Assembly (NCBI GenBank): GCA_963703315.1
Contig: OY969811.1
Span: 3,904,001-3,968,000 of the forward strand
Direction of reading: 5' to 3'
DNA: 64,000 bases
DNA from: an uncultured cyanobacterium
GTDB taxonomy: Bacteria; Cyanobacteriota; Cyanobacteriia; Pseudanabaenales; Pseudanabaenaceae
Made by a program: the position numbers and the translations under genes. The notes beneath the pieces are model-generated. The model was not told the DNA's origin. It searched no databases and worked only from the letters and a program-made list of their open reading frames with translations. Below, in pieces: positions 40,873 through 49,369 of the stretch; the stretch's first letter is position 1; the number at the start of each line of letters is the position of its first letter.

Positions 40873-43188
40873 ATGGATACGATCCAACAGCCTCAACCTA
40901 AGATAGGTGCATTTGAAAAATTGCGACAGGCTTCACAATTCACCGTGATAGGAGTTGAAGATTCGATTCCGTTGCGGGTGATGGTGCAAATCTTTGTATT
41001 TATTAGCATTGGGGCAATGGATGCGGTTGCCAGTTCCAGTAATAGCGCTTGGGCAATCCCTCTCAGTGCGATCGCCGCAGTCTGGGCGTGGTATGCGCGG
41101 CGCAAACGTAATGTCATCGTGAAATTATTCATTGCGATCGCCATGATTGCCATGCTCGTAGTATTTCTCAATGATCTGGTGCGAAATACTGAAGAGACGC
41201 GGCTATTACTTGCGAGATTGCTGATTCAGTTACAGGTTTTGCATAGTTTTGACTTGCCACGCCGTAAGGACTTGGGCTATTCGATTGTGATTGGCTTAAT
41301 CCTGATGGCATTGGCGGCAACCTTAAGCCAGACCATGATTTTTGCATTGTGGCTAATTGCGTTTTTAGTGGTGGGAATTACGATTTTATTGCTGGATCAC
41401 CGATCGCGGCTAGGGGTGCAAACGGTTAGCTTCGAGCCAAATAAAATGGGGATGTCGCTGTTGCCTCTATCGGGACTATTGGCGATCGTCTTGGTGTTGG
41501 GGTTACTAATATTTGCCTTTCTGCCACGTTTACCGGGGTTTCAGTTACGCAATTTTCCCGTAAGTGTGAATATTCCTGTAGATAGACAAATTCCGCGTGG
41601 GGGGATTTTGACTAGACAGCAGCAAAATCAGCAGCAAGCTGGTACTAATGGCACTGGTGGGACTGGCACTGGTGGAACTGGCAACAATAATGATCAAGAG
41701 ACCTTGCCGCCACTATTTGCTCCTGAGATTACTACGGTGGGAGGTAAGGGGGGCAACAATACTCAACGTCAGCCTGAATTGGTGATGCGCGTGCGATCGC
41801 AAGCAGAGTTATTTTGGCGCGTTATGGCGTATGACGAATTTACAGGGAAAGGATGGCGCATCTCTCGCAATGATCCTTCACAAATTCGCACTATTAAACG
41901 CAATCCCTTTAATTATGAATTTTTTCCACCAATTCCCACCTATGCATTTATTGGTGCTACGAAGTTAGTCAAGCCTCTGCCTACCCAAGAAGTAGTCCAA
42001 ACCTACACGATTACATCAACAAATTTTCCTAATCTGGTACCTGCGGCGGCTGTACCGAGTCGGATTTATTTCCCTAGTGAAGAGTTGGATTTTGACCAAG
42101 AAGGGATGATTCGAGGTCCGGGTCCTTTGCCAGAGGATTTGACCTATACCGTCATTTCCAATGTGGTTCTCCGTGACCCGAAACTATTGCGGACAATGCC
42201 GAATGAATATCCACGAGCAATTCGTAATTATTACCTACAAGTGCCTGCCGATCTATCTCCTAAAGTTCGGAATGCCGCCTTAGAGATGGTTGCTAGTGCT
42301 AAAGATGCATCGGGTAAGCTGGTTGCTTTAAATAACCCTTACGATGTCGTAGTGCAGATTGCCCAAAGCCTAAAGCAAAACTATGCAGTTAAGCCTCTCA
42401 GTTTTGACGAGTCGAAGGGAGATCTCGTCTCGCAGTTTGTCACACAGGGGGGCGGCGAGGAGAGTCACTTTATTTCGACGATGGCAATCATGTTGCGATC
42501 GCTTGGCATTCCCACCCGCTATGTAGTTGGTTTTGCCCCTGGTAAATTTAACCCCTTTACAGGGCTATACGAGGTGCAGAACATTGATACACAGTCAATG
42601 GTAGAAGTGTTTTTCCCTGTCTACGGTTGGGTCGCCTTTGATCCTGTCCCCAATCGTCCCTTATTTCCGCCATCAATTGAGAATAATCGTACTTTTGGCG
42701 TGATTCAAACCTTTTGGAATTGGATTGCTCAATTTCTGCCCAGTCCAGTCAATAATTTCTTTGCTAATCTCTTTGATGGCATCGGCAAATTTTTAGGTGG
42801 TGTCATCAGTTGGCTGATCGAAATGGGTTGGGTTGGGGTTGCCTTTGGTTTAGCGATCGCCTTTGGTTTCGGCATCGGTGGTTGGGCTTTGTGGCAATTT
42901 GCGATTTGGTGGTGGCAGTTACGCCGCTTGCAAAAAATGCCGATCCCGCAGCGTACCTATCAACAAATGTTGCAATGGCTCTCAGAGCAGGGCAAACCGA
43001 AATCGCCCCAGCAAACCCCGCAAGAGTATGTGGCAAGTCTCCGCGATCGCCTATCTGAGCAACAAGTTACAGCGATCGCCCAAATTACACAGATCTATCA
43101 AGATTGGCGCTATGGCAATCAGGCGATCGGCTACAACCTCGCCACAGAGCTAAGAACTCTTTTAGATCGCTTAAAATCCCATAGATAA
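40873..43188 (+). CDS. TgpA-like membrane protein (DUF3488-like TM region, transglutaminase-like domain, DUF4129-like tail)
   Basis: Multiple TM helices; LRSLGIPTRYVVGF, VEVFFP.YGWV.FDP; QTPQEY tail; start could be further upstream (40798 or 40834). Confidence 0.88.
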   Translation: MDTIQQPQPKIGAFEKLRQASQFTVIGVEDSIPLRVMVQIFVFISIGAMDAVASSSNSAWAIPLSAIAAVWAWYARRKRNVIVKLFIAIAMIAMLVVFLNDLVRNTEETRLLLARLLIQLQVLHSFDLPRRKDLGYSIVIGLILMALAATLSQTMIFALWLIAFLVVGITILLLDHRSRLGVQTVSFEPNKMGMSLLPLSGLLAIVLVLGLLIFAFLPRLPGFQLRNFPVSVNIPVDRQIPRGGILTRQQQNQQQAGTNGTGGTGTGGTGNNNDQETLPPLFAPEITTVGGKGGNNTQRQPELVMRVRSQAELFWRVMAYDEFTGKGWRISRNDPSQIRTIKRNPFNYEFFPPIPTYAFIGATKLVKPLPTQEVVQTYTITSTNFPNLVPAAAVPSRIYFPSEELDFDQEGMIRGPGPLPEDLTYTVISNVVLRDPKLLRTMPNEYPRAIRNYYLQVPADLSPKVRNAALEMVASAKDASGKLVALNNPYDVVVQIAQSLKQNYAVKPLSFDESKGDLVSQFVTQGGGEESHFISTMAIMLRSLGIPTRYVVGFAPGKFNPFTGLYEVQNIDTQSMVEVFFPVYGWVAFDPVPNRPLFPPSIENNRTFGVIQTFWNWIAQFLPSPVNNFFANLFDGIGKFLGGVISWLIEMGWVGVAFGLAIAFGFGIGGWALWQFAIWWWQLRRLQKMPIPQRTYQQMLQWLSEQGKPKSPQQTPQEYVASLRDRLSEQQVTAIAQITQIYQDWRYGNQAIGYNLATELRTLLDRLKSHR

Positions 43189-43229
43189 AAAGGGGGCGCT
43201 TAGCGCCCCCTTTTTATCTATGGGATTTT
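43173..43229. terminator. perfect 27-bp-arm hairpin overlapping the last 16 nt of the upstream CDS
   Basis: aaaatcccatagataaaaagggggcgc-tta-gcgccccctttttatctatgggatttt. Confidence 0.8.
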
Positions 43230-43320
43230 GTAAAGTTTTGTGATTTTATTACAAATTCTTGGCTGATTCACCGCTTTTGGTAGACTAGATGGCGAATATA
43301 TTAAATTTCTTATTTTAATT

Positions 43321-43806
43321 ATGAGCGTAGTTATTCAAGTTTTAGAAAAAGCCGACGAAGAACTCCGTTATCCCAGCATTTCTGAGTTGCAAAGTGTCAA
43401 AGACTTTCTCTCCACTGGTGCTCAAAGGGTGCGGATTGCGACGATCTTGGCAGAAAGCGAAGACAAAATCGTTAAGAAAGCGACCACAGAACTATTTAGA
43501 ATTCATCCCGACTATATCTCCCCTGGTGGCAATGCCTATGGTCAAAAGCAACGCAACCAATGCCTGAGAGACTTCACATGGTACATCCGCCTCACTACCT
43601 ATGGGGTTTTGGCAGGTGATAAAGAACCGATCGAAAAAATCGGGATCATTGGTGCGCGTGAAATGTATAACTCTCTTGGCGTACCTTTGGTTGGTATGGC
43701 TGATGCAGTACGTGCGCTCAAAAATGCTTCTCTTGCGCTATTGAGCAAAGAAGATGCAGATGCGACTGAACCCTATTTTGATTACATCATTCAAGCTTTG
43801 TCCTAA
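43321..43806 (+). CDS. apcD: allophycocyanin-B alpha subunit
   Basis: MSVV.Q....AD.ELRYP...EL, PGGNAYG, chromophore Cys in [28 protein letters not shown]; stand-alone gene. Confidence 0.9.
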   Translation: MSVVIQVLEKADEELRYPSISELQSVKDFLSTGAQRVRIATILAESEDKIVKKATTELFRIHPDYISPGGNAYGQKQRNQCLRDFTWYIRLTTYGVLAGDKEPIEKIGIIGAREMYNSLGVPLVGMADAVRALKNASLALLSKEDADATEPYFDYIIQALS

Positions 43807-43851
43807 TTGTTTAATGCATTAAAAGCAAGTGGTGCGCGGCTACGCCGCTTA

Positions 43852-43894
43852 CCAAAAGAGAGTGGCGGCGCTTCGCGCCGCCACTCTCTTTTGG
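43852..43894. repeat. perfect hairpin, 20-bp arms, GC-TTC-GC core, between convergent genes
   Basis: ccaaaagagagtggcggcgc-ttc-gcgccgccactctcttttgg. Confidence 0.9.
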
Positions 43895-43895
43895 G

Positions 43896-44825
43896 TTAAA
43901 TTTTGCCTGCGATTTGGAGAAGTGTTACTTCCCAAACTAATCGTGGTTGCACATAACGGGCAATCAACTCTCTTGCTTTATCGAGATGTTGTAAAACAGA
44001 TTTGGAGCGTTGCTGTTCCCAAAAATAATTTTGGAGATAATCAATCAGCCATAACTGCAAATCCACTTCTAGTTCTTTCGTGATTTGCTTAGCGATCGCC
44101 ATCGCACTTTTGGCATCTTTAGGAATTTGGCGCACTGAAGTTAATAACTCAAGGGGAATGCTTTTAAATCTCTCGAAAGACTCGATCGCCTGTCCTGCGG
44201 AACCTTGAGCAAGGGCAACCACTTCGGGCGGAATGGTATGTCCTTCACGGGTGAGGACTTCCTGCATTTGCGCTTGATTTAGCCTTGTAAAGGGAATACG
44301 TTGGCAGCGTGAAACAAGGGTGGGTAAGATCGAACCCGCATCGGGAACAATCAAGATAATCGTGGCGTAAAGAGGTTCTTCTAAGGTTTTGAGGAGGCTA
44401 TTAGCGGCGGACTCTGCCATTGATTGCGCTTCTTCGAGGATAACCACCGATCGCTTGCATTCGAGAGGCGATCGACTGACAAATTCGCTAATTTCCCGCA
44501 CCTGCTCGATTCTAATCTGGGGTAAAGCACGACGTTTTAACCCTGAGGCATCGGCTTCTTTCGCAGTAAGCATTTTGCCCTTATCTAAATAGGTCGGCTC
44601 TACCCACAGCAGATCAGGATGATTACGATCGCTTAAACGATTAGCCGATTTGCGATCGCCTAATAAAATTTCCGCAAAAGCTGAAGCGGTCTTACTGCGC
44701 CCTACACCACTTGTACCCGCAAACATATAGGCAGGGGCAATGCGATCGCGTTGAATTGCTGCTTTTAATAGGGCGATCGCTTGAGTTTGTCCAACAACAG
44801 AGTCAAAGGCGGTAAACACATTCAC
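43896..44825 (-). CDS. holB: DNA polymerase III delta' subunit
   Basis: VGQ, AY.FAG..GVGR, NHPDLLW, AANSLLKTLEEP, LPTLVSRCQ. Confidence 0.93.
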   Translation of the reverse strand: MNVFTAFDSVVGQTQAIALLKAAIQRDRIAPAYMFAGTSGVGRSKTASAFAEILLGDRKSANRLSDRNHPDLLWVEPTYLDKGKMLTAKEADASGLKRRALPQIRIEQVREISEFVSRSPLECKRSVVILEEAQSMAESAANSLLKTLEEPLYATIILIVPDAGSILPTLVSRCQRIPFTRLNQAQMQEVLTREGHTIPPEVVALAQGSAGQAIESFERFKSIPLELLTSVRQIPKDAKSAMAIAKQITKELEVDLQLWLIDYLQNYFWEQQRSKSVLQHLDKARELIARYVQPRLVWEVTLLQIAGKI

Positions 44826-45515
44826 CTAATCATTCCATTGACTTTGCTGCGATCTCCAAGATTCACTAGAACGGAGACTTTTGCGATTGGGGCTATCATT
44901 TTCCACCACAAGGCGACGACGCAACCACCAGCGAATTGCTTCATCGACAGCCGCCGTAGGATTGTTAGAAATTTCCGTTAGTTCTGCAAACAATTCTGGA
45001 GAAATTTCGACATAGGTTTTCCGACTGGGGGACTGGGGTATATCAACAGCAATTGACTCAGTATTATCCATATTCAGCGCCAGAACCGCTTGATTTGTCT
45101 CTGTGTAGTTAGCAATATTCTCTATACCTACCTCCCGATTGAGTTCATTCGTATTCTCGCTCGATTTGTCAGCTTCATTGGTGCGGATGGTTAGCATAGG
45201 AACAATCTCTGCGTCATGAAATAGATGGAGTCTGATGGCAATAAAGGTAACTGCAAGATTAATCGCTGCTACAACTAATAAATTAGTGGATTGTGCCAGT
45301 ATTAAAATTAGGGTTGCGGTCAGACTAATTATTAAACCAGTCACTAAAAGATTATAGCCGACTGCTTTTCTTGAGTTTGTTAGCTGGATTTGTCCTAATC
45401 CATTGACATTTCTGAGATTGTAGGGAGCATCACTTAAAATGGTAATTAGAGCGATCAGAATGTGAATTAGTCCAATTGCTAAGAAAAATCCGTTGAGTAG
45501 CCAAAAATCTTGCAT
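44826..45515 (-). CDS. membrane protein (3 TM) with C-terminal RHH-like domain ending WND
   Basis: Hydrophobic N-terminal half; C-terminus homologous to 45528-45782. Confidence 0.75.
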   Translation of the reverse strand: MQDFWLLNGFFLAIGLIHILIALITILSDAPYNLRNVNGLGQIQLTNSRKAVGYNLLVTGLIISLTATLILILAQSTNLLVVAAINLAVTFIAIRLHLFHDAEIVPMLTIRTNEADKSSENTNELNREVGIENIANYTETNQAVLALNMDNTESIAVDIPQSPSRKTYVEISPELFAELTEISNNPTAAVDEAIRWWLRRRLVVENDSPNRKSLRSSESWRSQQSQWND

Positions 45516-45527
45516 AAATTTTTTTAA

Positions 45528-45782
45528 TTAATCGTTCCACTCGCCGCGCGGTGGTACGACAGGATTCATGGTTAGAGGACGGGAACGATCAGCTTCTTTG
45601 ATGGCTCGGCGCTGTAACCATTGACGGATCGCTGTATCGATCGCCTGTTCAGGATCATTAGTTACTTCACCGAGTTCGGCAAGCAAAGCAGGGTCAATGT
45701 CTATGCTCTTTAGTACCTCATTAAATACTGCTTCATTAGCCGATTGGTCTATTTGCGGTACGTTAGCGTTATCTTGTGGCAT
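45528..45782 (-). CDS. small ribbon-helix-helix-like cyanobacterial protein ending PPRGEWND
   Basis: SIDIDPALLAEL...DP..AID.AIRQWL pattern. Confidence 0.78.
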   Translation of the reverse strand: MPQDNANVPQIDQSANEAVFNEVLKSIDIDPALLAELGEVTNDPEQAIDTAIRQWLQRRAIKEADRSRPLTMNPVVPPRGEWND

Positions 45783-45974
45783 AAGGAATATTTAAATTAA
45801 CTGGAATTAACTGGAAATTAACTGGCACTATGCAGATTTTACCTAGATTTGTTACCTTCTAAATGTGCAGAGCGATCGCAATTAAGCTTTTTGCCATGCA
45901 GAATGCAGTAGGGACGGCGCACCGCACCGCCTCTACTGTATTCTGAAGTAACATCACCAACTTTATCTGTATCC

Positions 45975-47246
45975 ATGTCTTCACTTCAGGTCACACGCGG
46001 CACACGCGATATTCTTGCTCCCGAAATTTATTACTGGCAGCAGTTAGAGACAACTGCGCGTCAAATCCTTAGTCAAGCCGCCTATACCGAAATTCGCACG
46101 CCTATTTTTGAAGCAACTGAGCTATTTGCGCGGGGTATTGGTGAAGCCACAGATATTGTCGGTAAAGAAATGTATACCTTTAGCGATCGCGGCGATCGCT
46201 CTCTGACTTTGCGACCTGAAGGCACAGCAGGGGTAGCGCGATCCTATATCGAAAACAAGTTATTTGCTCAGGGTGGTGTGCAACGACTCTGGTATATGGG
46301 AGCGATGTTTCGCTATGAACGCCCCCAAGCAGGTCGCCAGCGTCAATTTCACCAGTTAGGCGTAGAGGTGTTAGGTAGTGCTGATCCCCGTGCCGATGCT
46401 GAAGCGATCGCGATCGCCAGTGATTTTTTGCAAGCAGTTGGTTTAACCGATCTCGTCGTTGATCTCAATTCCGTCGGCAGCGCCGAAGATCGGGTTGCCT
46501 ATCGTCAAGCCTTGGTGGACTATTTCACGCCATTTGCCGAAGAAATTGATGCCGATTCTCGCGATCGCCTCACCCGCAATCCTTTACGCATCCTTGATAG
46601 CAAAGACAAGCGTACTCAAGAAATTTCTCAAGATGCCCCCAGTATTCTCGATTATTTAAGCATTGAGTCCCAACAGCATTTTGAGAAGGTACAAAATTTA
46701 TTAACCGATCTAAACATTGCCTATCGGATTAATCCTCGCCTTGTACGCGGCTTAGACTACTATACCCGCACCGCCTTTGAAATCCAATCTAATTTACTAG
46801 GCGCACAGTCAGCAGTCTGTGGTGGTGGACGTTACGATCGCCTGATTGCTGAATTAGGTGGTGCAGATGTGCCTGCGGTGGGCTGGGCGATCGGCTTAGA
46901 GCGCTTAGTCATCCTCATGCAACAGGTTGCCGAACAAAAGCGATCGCAAATTGATTTCTACATTGTCTCGCGTGGTGAAAAAGCTGAAGCCAAGTCTCTA
47001 TCCATTGCTCAAGCTATTCGTAAAGCAGGCTTTACAGTGGAACTTGATCTCAGTGGCGCAAAGTTTGACAAGCAATTCAAACGTGCTAGTAATGCCAATG
47101 CGAAAGCGGCTGTGGTGATCGGTGATTCGGAAATTGAGGCAGGACAGGTACAAATCAAGTGGCTAGAAACTGGTGATCAAGAGGCGATCGCGATCGATGA
47201 TCTCAATTCCAGTTTTGAAGCGCTACGCCAAAAAATTGATCAGTAA
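45975..47246 (+). CDS. hisS: histidyl-tRNA synthetase
   Basis: RGTRD, LRPEGTA, FRYERPQAGRQRQFHQ, LVRGLDYY, GGGRYD, GLERL. Confidence 0.98.
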   Translation: MSSLQVTRGTRDILAPEIYYWQQLETTARQILSQAAYTEIRTPIFEATELFARGIGEATDIVGKEMYTFSDRGDRSLTLRPEGTAGVARSYIENKLFAQGGVQRLWYMGAMFRYERPQAGRQRQFHQLGVEVLGSADPRADAEAIAIASDFLQAVGLTDLVVDLNSVGSAEDRVAYRQALVDYFTPFAEEIDADSRDRLTRNPLRILDSKDKRTQEISQDAPSILDYLSIESQQHFEKVQNLLTDLNIAYRINPRLVRGLDYYTRTAFEIQSNLLGAQSAVCGGGRYDRLIAELGGADVPAVGWAIGLERLVILMQQVAEQKRSQIDFYIVSRGEKAEAKSLSIAQAIRKAGFTVELDLSGAKFDKQFKRASNANAKAAVVIGDSEIEAGQVQIKWLETGDQEAIAIDDLNSSFEALRQKIDQ

Positions 47247-47321
47247 AAAATAAAAATGGCTACGCCATTTTTATTTTTTACAAAAGAGAGGGGCGGCGCT
47301 TTGCGCCGCCCCTCTCTTTTG
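47243..47321. terminator. two abutting triloop hairpins (47243-47281, 47281-47321)
   Basis: gtaaaaaataaaaatggc-tac-gccatttttattttttac and caaaagagaggggcggcgc-ttt-gcgccgcccctctcttttg. Confidence 0.75.
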
Positions 47322-47323
47322 GG

Positions 47324-47416
47324 TTAAAGACTATTAGCAGCATTGGCTAAAACCGAAACTGCAATCACACTTACAAAAAACTTCACGGAAAAACTGAGTA
47401 GTTCAAATATCGTCAT
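47324..47416 (-). CDS. 30-aa hydrophobic microprotein (copy 2)
   Basis: MTIFELLSFSVKFFVSVIAVSVLANAANSL*; 16/30 identical, ungapped, to 47430-47522. Confidence 0.7.
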   Translation of the reverse strand: MTIFELLSFSVKFFVSVIAVSVLANAANSL

Positions 47417-47429
47417 TGCAATGAGGGGG

Positions 47430-47522
47430 TTAGAGACTAGAGATAGCATTTGCCAAAACTAAAACAGCGATCGCACTAAAATAGAACTTGAAAATGAATT
47501 TACCAAAATGAAATACTGACAT
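47430..47522 (-). CDS. 30-aa hydrophobic microprotein (copy 1)
   Basis: MSVFHFGKFIFKFYFSAIAVLVLANAISSL*; GAGGAG Shine-Dalgarno 7 nt upstream of ATG 47522. Confidence 0.75.
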   Translation of the reverse strand: MSVFHFGKFIFKFYFSAIAVLVLANAISSL

Positions 47523-47644
47523 TACCTTGCTCCTCACTGCCTTAACTCTTGATGTACTTAGTATCAAGTTTTTCTCTAAGTTAGGACGTGATGTTAGGCT
47601 TTGAGGTTCCGTGATTGCGATCACTAAGGCGTGTGATCATAGAT

Positions 47645-47695
47645 ACATCAAGCCCAAGGTGGCAGCGCTTTGCGCCGCCACTTTGGGCTTGATGT
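47645..47695. repeat. near-perfect 24-bp-arm triloop hairpin at the oxidoreductase stop
   Basis: acatcaagcccaaggtggcagcgc-ttt-gcgccgccactttgggcttgatgt. Confidence 0.85.
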
Positions 47696-48285
47696 CAAGA
47701 GCTATATCTTTCTTCTGCAAAAGGCTCACCACGATGGTGATAGCCATTCCGCTCCCAAAAACCTAGCTGCATCTTATTGAGAAACTCGATACCATTAATC
47801 CATTTAGCGCTCTTCCAAGCATAGAGATGGGGAACAACTAAGCGCATCGGACCTCCATTATCAATCGGTAATGGCTGATCAAAGAGAGTATGAGCAAAGA
47901 AATTCTCTTCTCTAACAAAATCTTCCATTGCTATATTGGTCGTATAGCCACCATAGCAATGTTCCATCAGATGCAAGGCTTGAGGATCAATTTCAATATA
48001 TTTGAGAAAGTCAGTGACTTTTACTCCCTTCCATTTGACATCCAGTTTTGACCATGTAGTAACACAATGGAAGTCGGCGGTAAACTCTGTTTGTGGCATT
48101 GCCATAAAGTCATCCCATGTAAAGGTTTTCGCGGTGGCGAGTCCCCATACTCGAAATTGCCAATCTTGCCGTTGAATGTTAGGAGTGTCGCCGTAGGTCA
48201 TGATTGGGAAGCCATTAGTGAGCCTTTGCCCTTTGGGAACCCGATCTTGATTTGGCGATCGCGATTGAAATAAGCCTCTAAACAT
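47695..48285 (-). CDS. sulfite oxidase-like molybdopterin-binding oxidoreductase (YuiH-like)
   Basis: RVP.GQ, DFHCVTTWSKLD, GGPMRLVVPHLYAWKSAKW, GFWERNGYH. Confidence 0.92.
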   Translation of the reverse strand: MFRGLFQSRSPNQDRVPKGQRLTNGFPIMTYGDTPNIQRQDWQFRVWGLATAKTFTWDDFMAMPQTEFTADFHCVTTWSKLDVKWKGVKVTDFLKYIEIDPQALHLMEHCYGGYTTNIAMEDFVREENFFAHTLFDQPLPIDNGGPMRLVVPHLYAWKSAKWINGIEFLNKMQLGFWERNGYHHRGEPFAEERYSS

Positions 48286-48390
48286 AAGTCTTTACCTAGC
48301 GCTATATCTAAAATCTATTATCCGATTTTTTGTGGCAAGGCAAAGTCACGGCACAAAAAATTGGATAGCGATTGCGATCGCCATTTGTAT

Positions 48391-48433
48391 CAATAAGTGA
48401 GTAGCGGCGCTTTGCGCCGCTACTCACTTATTG
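48391..48433. repeat. perfect 20-bp-arm triloop hairpin inside a TAGCGAT...ATCGCTA shell
   Basis: caataagtgagtagcggcgc-ttt-gcgccgctactcacttattg. Confidence 0.88.
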
Positions 48434-48515
48434 GGTTTGATCGCTATAGGAACAAACTCAAAACATTATTAGTCATAATTTAGATAGAAATCTATTGGCA
48501 TCCCCAGAGGCGTTT

Positions 48516-49226
48516 ATGAGCGCTCAACACATTTCAAAATTGGCACCAAAATTGGCAGTTATTTCATCTGTCAGTATGGCACTAAGCATAGCCGTGACCG
48601 CCCTGATGGCAAGTCCTAGCGATGCTGCTTCACGTTATCGGGCAAAAGCGAATCCTCAAGCACCGATTACCCAAACAAGACAAAATCAAGTAGCTCAAGT
48701 ATTTCGTTCGACTTTAAGTTTCCCTGCTGGTCAACCGATCGCTACTAAAATCAATCGCCAAGATACTTTATATATTGCCAAGGGAGAAACTGTAAATGCC
48801 AGTCTCCTTGTTACTCAAGATATTGCCGCTAGTAATGGTATGGTTTTAATTCCTGCGGGGGCAGTAATTGAAGGACAGTTTGTACCTGCGGAAGGTGGCT
48901 CTAAGTTTGTTGCTCAGAAGTTGACCAGTCGTGGGGCAACAGTAAGGCTTCAAGCCGAATCTGCTTTAATTAATGATATTAAAGATCCCCGTGAGACTAA
49001 TGCAGGAGCAATTTTGACTGATGCGGGGATTGGGGGAGCCGCAGGAGCAGTTTTAGGTGGTGTGTTACGTGGCAATGTGCAAATTCTTGACGTTCTTGGT
49101 GGTGCTGCTGCCTCGGTACTAGTTGGTAATGTCACAGCACCGCAAGTGACTGTAATTGAACCAAGTACAGTCGTTAATGTCATCACTAAGCAGGCGATTA
49201 CCTTTGCGGTCAGGGATGATTATTAA
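48516..49226 (+). CDS. secreted hypothetical protein with glycine-zipper-like C-terminus
   Basis: Signal peptide; IPAG..I.G...P...GS.FVA; GIGGAAGAVLGG. Confidence 0.78.
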   Translation: MSAQHISKLAPKLAVISSVSMALSIAVTALMASPSDAASRYRAKANPQAPITQTRQNQVAQVFRSTLSFPAGQPIATKINRQDTLYIAKGETVNASLLVTQDIAASNGMVLIPAGAVIEGQFVPAEGGSKFVAQKLTSRGATVRLQAESALINDIKDPRETNAGAILTDAGIGGAAGAVLGGVLRGNVQILDVLGGAAASVLVGNVTAPQVTVIEPSTVVNVITKQAITFAVRDDY

Positions 49227-49266
49227 AAATCGAGTAGTGGTGCTTCGCACCGCTACTCGATTTTTA
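49224..49266. terminator. triloop hairpin beginning at the stop codon
   Basis: taaaaatcgagtagtggtgc-ttc-gcaccgctactcgattttta. Confidence 0.75.
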
Positions 49267-49369
49267 TGGGCGTTTTGACTTTGACTTGGGATAAGTTTTT
49301 ATCGCGTTGTGAAGTCATCATGCTAACCTTGTAGCAAATTTTTTATGCTGCTGACCTCTTCAAACCCCA

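Noticed and set aside
45797..45826. Short tandem repeat ttaactgg(a) x3
   Set aside because: Only three short units with no evidence of function.
47523..47624. N-terminal extension of the 64-aa ORF 47430-47624
   Set aside because: The SD and the ungapped match to the paralog both place the start at ATG 47522; the extension overlaps likely promoter sequence.
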